Source: Candidatus Hydrogenedentota bacterium
Lineage (GTDB): Bacteria; Hydrogenedentota; Hydrogenedentia; Hydrogenedentales; GCA-2746185
Reading direction: 5' to 3'
DNA: 47,385 nt
NCBI GenBank assembly: GCA_029937645.1
Contig: JAPYPO010000001.1
Location: forward strand, 1 to 47,385
How positions within the stretch are numbered: the first letter of the stretch is position 1; every line of letters starts with the position of its first letter. Positions 43,509-47,385 of this stretch are shown piece after piece. The notes under the pieces were generated by a model. It had not been told where the DNA came from, did not search any database, and saw only the letters and a list, made by a program, of their open reading frames with translations. Position numbers and translations under genes: made by a program.

Positions 43509-43673
43509 CATAAAACCTGCGCCTCGCGCCCGGTATCTGGGGAAGTATATTCGCGTATCGTGCAAAAAGATGCCTTTCCCGGAAGGCCGCCCCTTCGTGC
43601 TCTTCGGGTCCTTCGTGGTGACTCTTGTCCTTAATTTCACCACAATCGACACGAAGAAGATAATGCCGTCCGC

Positions 43674-43702
43674 TTGACACCGCCCCCAGTTCTTCCTATC
43701 GT
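43674..43702 (+). promoter_or_regulatory. Candidate sigma70-type promoter TTGACA-N17-TATCGT for the HExxH membrane protein gene
   Basis: Read directly as TTGACAccgcccccagttcttccTATCGT. It ends 15 nt before the ATG at 43718. Confidence 0.4.
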
Positions 43703-43717
43703 TCTCCCAGTCTCGCC

Positions 43718-46027
43718 ATGGCGGCGGGACAACCCATCGCTTCAAACTGGACTCACGGGATGAAAAAACCGGCAAAGTTCTACATGGGGTTCTTCGTAGC
43801 AGGCGCGGCCTTGGCGGGTGGATGCCTATTTCTGCCGGGGCTGCATACGCTCACGCACGAATTCTCGACTTTATTTACAGGCGTTGCCGCGCTGGTCTTA
43901 TACTGGGTCGCGGGGCGAACCGCAAAGGCGAAACGCAACGAATCCAGATCTGGGCTCGACGCGGCATCGGAGACGCTACCCGCCCTCTGTCTCGCTGCGG
44001 CGCTTGCCTCCGTTTCCGCTTTGGCCGTACTCACGCTGGCAAATCAGGTCCGATTCCATTGTGAAATCTGGCGTGGACTGCCCTTCTTTCTCATTACCTG
44101 GATCCCAACGGCGCTGTTCGCCATTTGCGCGGGCACGATAATTGGAGCGTTGGGGGCCGGCTGGGGGATTCGCCTGCTCGTTCTGATGGCAGCGCTGCTA
44201 CTCGACGGCATCCATAACGGCCTGCAACTCTACTTCGGGCCACGGATCTATCCCACAGATTTTTTTCTGGGCGATCTCGCCTCCTCCGTACAACGCGGAT
44301 CGCTGTCGCCCTCCGATTCCTATCTCTATCAACGCGCATTCCTCCTCGCCATAACCTGGGTCATCTGGGACTTGGGCCGGTGGGTTCTCCTGACACGCGC
44401 CGAGGCCCAGCTCGGCACGTTCCAAAGCTCGATAACGCTCATGAAGAAACGGACGGTCGCAGGAATCGTCAGTATTGGCGTTATCGCCACGCTCTTCGGA
44501 AGCTATGTCGGCCTTGGGATGGACCGCAAAGCCATGCACCGGGAAACACCGCTGGAAGAACATTCCGCGCACTTCGTCATTCGCTACGCCGACGACCCCG
44601 ATGTCCTCACCGCCATCGATAGCATACAGAGAAACGCCGAGTGGGAATGGGAGTACCTAAACTCGATTTGGAACACGAACCCAACAGAGAAGACCAATCT
44701 CTACGTGTTTAAGGATCGCGAAACCTTGCAGAAGCACACCGGTATCGGCTGGGCCCACGCGGGAATCGGCGAAGTCTTCGTCGAGCTCGGATCAGCGCTC
44801 AGCGAGGCGGTCCTCCATGAACTGACGCACGCGCTCCATTCGACCCTCAAGCCCTCTCCCCTGGTGCTGGCAAGCCGCGGCATGTTGGAAGGGACGGCGA
44901 CCGCATTCGAACGGCGTTACGCGGTGTTGCCCGCGGCCCACGAACTGCAAGCGGCGGCCCTGCGAAAGGGAAAACTTCCCACTGCGGAATCCATCATGTC
45001 GTTGTGCGGGTTTCTTCAAAACTATGAATCCGCCGCCTACGAAACAGCCGGATCCTTCCTGGGATTCCTCGTCTACACCCACGGAATGGACTCGTTCATC
45101 GAGTTCCAGCAGTCATTCGATTACGAAAAGGCGTACGGAAAGAAACTGGATGTACTGGATGCGGAGTGGAGGGCCTTCCTCGCTACCATTCCCGCACGCA
45201 CGGAAACGGAGCACTACGCAGACCAGTTGTTCGATCCACGAGTGGCGCCAAGTTATTTTTCCCTAGAGTGTCCCAAGGTCGGTGCGACACCGCTTCCCCT
45301 GCAAACCCAAGCCCACCGCCAACGGGCGCGTGGGGACTACAAGGCTTCGATCAAGTCCTATCGGACTCTCTACGAACAAGCGCCGAGTTGGAAAACCGCC
45401 ATGCCCCTCGCCGAGGTTATGGAAGACGGCGAAGATTGGGACGGTGCGCTGAATTTTCTCGCGAGCGTATCCGAAGATATCAATCTTGAGGACTACGAAC
45501 AGGCAGTCATTATGGCTCTTCGAGTCCGCCTACTCGTTCGGTCACGCGATTGGGAAAAGCTATACGCTACCTACGACGAAAGGGCCTCGGGGGATTACGG
45601 GGTGAGCGCAGGAAACCGCTTTGGAGAAGCGTGCCTGAGGGATCCACAACTCCGCGACCTGTATGCATCCATTCTCGAAGAAGAGGATGAATCCACGCTC
45701 GCAGGATTTTGGCGCGGCATGTTGGACGCACGCCCGGATTTTCCGCCGTTGCTATGCATGTACGCCTATTTTGGCATCCCGAAGACCGCGCCTCTAAAAC
45801 GCCGGGAAGCGGCCCTCATCAACGCTGCAAGCCAATCGCCCGAAATCGCCGACTTGCTTGCGCCGAAAATGCGTTCGTTGTACAACGAAGCGATGGCCGC
45901 GCGAGAATTCCAAATCGCCGAATCGCTCTGCCGGACGCTCGTTGACCGCTGCGCAAACGCGCAATACCGATACGAAGGTAATGTGGGCTTGGAGCGTCTC
46001 GCGTTCGAACTCCGTGCCGGGGCATAA
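43718..46027 (+). CDS. Polytopic membrane protein with HExxH (MA-clan-like) putative zinc-peptidase domain and helical-repeat C-terminus
   Basis: About 6-8 N-terminal hydrophobic segments precede 'AVLHELTHALH' (HELTH at nt 44816-44830). The C-terminal roughly 250 aa are helical and TPR-like. An alternative start is at 43760 (MKKPAKF). Confidence 0.7.
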   Translation: MAAGQPIASNWTHGMKKPAKFYMGFFVAGAALAGGCLFLPGLHTLTHEFSTLFTGVAALVLYWVAGRTAKAKRNESRSGLDAASETLPALCLAAALASVSALAVLTLANQVRFHCEIWRGLPFFLITWIPTALFAICAGTIIGALGAGWGIRLLVLMAALLLDGIHNGLQLYFGPRIYPTDFFLGDLASSVQRGSLSPSDSYLYQRAFLLAITWVIWDLGRWVLLTRAEAQLGTFQSSITLMKKRTVAGIVSIGVIATLFGSYVGLGMDRKAMHRETPLEEHSAHFVIRYADDPDVLTAIDSIQRNAEWEWEYLNSIWNTNPTEKTNLYVFKDRETLQKHTGIGWAHAGIGEVFVELGSALSEAVLHELTHALHSTLKPSPLVLASRGMLEGTATAFERRYAVLPAAHELQAAALRKGKLPTAESIMSLCGFLQNYESAAYETAGSFLGFLVYTHGMDSFIEFQQSFDYEKAYGKKLDVLDAEWRAFLATIPARTETEHYADQLFDPRVAPSYFSLECPKVGATPLPLQTQAHRQRARGDYKASIKSYRTLYEQAPSWKTAMPLAEVMEDGEDWDGALNFLASVSEDINLEDYEQAVIMALRVRLLVRSRDWEKLYATYDERASGDYGVSAGNRFGEACLRDPQLRDLYASILEEEDESTLAGFWRGMLDARPDFPPLLCMYAYFGIPKTAPLKRREAALINAASQSPEIADLLAPKMRSLYNEAMAAREFQIAESLCRTLVDRCANAQYRYEGNVGLERLAFELRAGA

Positions 46028-46085
46028 TACATCCCCCGGCGCTTCCCGTCCCCGTGCAACCCAAGAAGTCAGGAGTCCTATTGCC

Positions 46086-47385
46086 ATGCCCGAAAACACC
46101 GGCCCCAAGCCCTGGATAGCCATCCAGGAACTGGTCGATCGCGGCGACCCCGAGCAACTGGATAAATTCCTGGACACGTTGAAACCGGGCGATGTAGCGC
46201 GCGCCATCTCCCGGCTCGACGACCGCGCACGGGGCGATCTCCTGATGATTCTTGAGCCGGAAGACGCGGCCGATCTCATAGAAGAACTGTCCGACGCCCA
46301 GGGCGCAGAACTGATCGACGACATCCCCGCAAAACAGGCCGCGGCCATCGTCGATGAAATGGATAGCGACCATCGGGCCGACCTCCTGGGTGAATTGGAC
46401 GAGGAGGAGGCGGAAGCCATCCTGCAACAGATGGACCCCGAAGAGGCTCAAGAAGCCCGCGAACTGTTGCAATACGACCCCGAGACCGCCGGCGGCATCA
46501 TGGTCACCGAATTTGTGGTTTACACCCAAAGCGCTCTCGTGTCCGACGTGCTAAACGATCTGCAGAGCAACCGCGAGCTGTACAGCGACATCGGCGTTCA
46601 ATACGCCTACGTGCAAACGGAGAACAAGACCCTCATCGGAGTGCTTCGGCTGCGGGATCTCGTGCTATCAGCCAACGACCGGCCTATTGCGGAGGTGATG
46701 GTGGTCAACCCGGTTAGCGTTTTGGCAAGCGCGCCGTTGGATGAAATCGAGCAACTCTTCGACCGCTACATGTTCTACGGGATCCCCGTTATCGAAGAGG
46801 ACGGCCACATCGTAGGCGTCGTAGAACGCGCCGATGCTGAAGAAGCGCATTCGGAACGGAGCGAGCGCACCTTCATGCGGTTCAGCGGAATCATCGGCGG
46901 CGAGGAGTTGCGCGAAATGGCCTTGCCGGAACGGACCAGCCGGCGCCTCACCTGGCTGGCGGCGAACTTGATTCTCAGCGCGATTGCGGCGCTCGTCATT
47001 TTCTACTATCACAAGACGATCGAGGAGATCATCTGGTTGGCCGCACTCATTCCCGTGCTGGTCAACGTGAGCGGCTGTTCGGGCAATCAGGCCGTCGCCG
47101 TAAGTATCCGTGAGTTGGCCCTGGGGCTCATCAAGCCGGGGGACTTTGCGCGCGTCGTGCGGCAAGAGGTGGCGGTGGGAATCATCAACGGGCTTTCCTT
47201 GGGCGCGCTGCTGGGACTCTTCACCGCCCTCTGTACGCGCGACCTGCCCTTGAGCGTCGTCGTAGGGTTTGCGCTCGCCCTCAACACCGTGCTCGCCGTC
47301 GCCCTCGGCGGCGCCCTTCCCCTGTTGCTCCGGCGGATCAACGTCGACCCCGCCGCCGCCGCCGCCCCCATGCTGACCACCGTGG
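46086..47385 (+). CDS. mgtE: Magnesium transporter MgtE (3' end beyond the window)
   Basis: I translated this by hand from the ATG at 46086: 'MPENTGPKPWIAIQELVDRGDPEQLDKFLDTLKPGDVARAI...DEMDSDHRADLL...LLQYDPETAGGIMVTEF', then CBS-like segments and TM 'LIPVLVNVSGCSGNQAVAVSIREL'. I saw no stop codon in the stretches of this frame that I translated. It is absent from the ORF track because it is open-ended. AGGAG lies upstream. Confidence 0.9.
   Translation, partial: MPENTGPKPWIAIQELVDRGDPEQLDKFLDTLKPGDVARAISRLDDRARGDLLMILEPEDAADLIEELSDAQGAELIDDIPAKQAAAIVDEMDSDHRADLLGELDEEEAEAILQQMDPEEAQEARELLQYDPETAGGIMVTEFVVYTQSALVSDVLNDLQSNRELYSDIGVQYAYVQTENKTLIGVLRLRDLVLSANDRPIAEVMVVNPVSVLASAPLDEIEQLFDRYMFYGIPVIEEDGHIVGVVERADAEEAHSERSERTFMRFSGIIGGEELREMALPERTSRRLTWLAANLILSAIAALVIFYYHKTIEEIIWLAALIPVLVNVSGCSGNQAVAVSIRELALGLIKPGDFARVVRQEVAVGIINGLSLGALLGLFTALCTRDLPLSVVVGFALALNTVLAVALGGALPLLLRRINVDPAAAAAPMLTTV

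Noticed and set aside
46071-46085. AGTCCTA heptamer immediately upstream of mgtE (and at about 24793) resembling the core of the transporter-leader block
   Set aside because: A 6-7-mer is expected several times by chance in 47 kb. Here it overlaps the AGGAG SD, and the flanking context does not match the leader blocks.
45794-46529. Two long minus-strand ORFs (208 and 236 aa) spanning the end of the HExxH protein gene and the start of mgtE
   Set aside because: They cross an intergenic region and two confidently coding plus-strand genes. Their Ser/Arg/Ala-rich composition is typical of antisense frames.
1-47385. Scan for CRISPR arrays, tRNA or rRNA genes, transposases, integrases and phage genes
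   Set aside because: I saw no regularly spaced direct repeats, no cloverleaf-like sequences in intergenic regions, and no ORFs with DDE, tyrosine-recombinase or serine-recombinase-like motifs. This was a by-eye inspection and is not exhaustive.

Overview
This 47.4 kb window is high-GC bacterial chromosome (about 60% by eye), densely coded, and most of it is core genome. I found no rRNA, tRNA, CRISPR array, transposase, integrase or phage genes.

Recognisable housekeeping genes:
- ileS, a dksA/traR-like gene, lspA and lgt form one minus-strand operon.
- tex, dprA, cysK, a dus-family gene and dxs are present.
- A 3'-truncated mgtE runs off the window end, so it is absent from the ORF track.
- There is also a P1B-type Zn/Cd ATPase and a large M16 peptidase.

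The least ordinary part is the first 12 kb:
- An acyl-CoA gene set (family III CoA-transferase, two crotonase-fold enzymes, an RraA/HMG-aldolase-like protein) is interleaved with four Nramp-like membrane transporters.
- Three of these transporters form a near-identical head-to-tail tandem triplication at 6781-11690.
- In all four, the canonical Nramp TM1 metal-binding DPGN motif reads GSGE.
- All four also carry a shared GGTCCTA-type block in their upstream leaders.

Other items worth a second look:
- a single-chain ECF sigma factor fused through one TM helix to a roughly 650-aa extracytoplasmic repeat region
- a XylR/V4R-type enhancer-binding-protein homologue with degenerate GAFTGA and Walker B motifs
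- a roughly 1 kb low-GC two-gene islet (DUF2442-like protein plus an unknown membrane protein) next to dxs
- a polytopic HExxH membrane protein
- REP-like double-hairpin repeats
- a recurrent TGCTATnnT extended -10-like motif, with two possible leaderless starts

I cannot point to a clear-cut novel defence or mobile system. The transporter triplication with its acyl-CoA neighbourhood is my best candidate for undescribed biology. The functional readings are inference from motifs read by eye.

The gene content (DUF1080, PQQ beta-propeller lipoprotein, ECF sigma with CarboxypepD_reg-like repeats) suggests a PVC-like or related uncultured lineage. That guess is low confidence.
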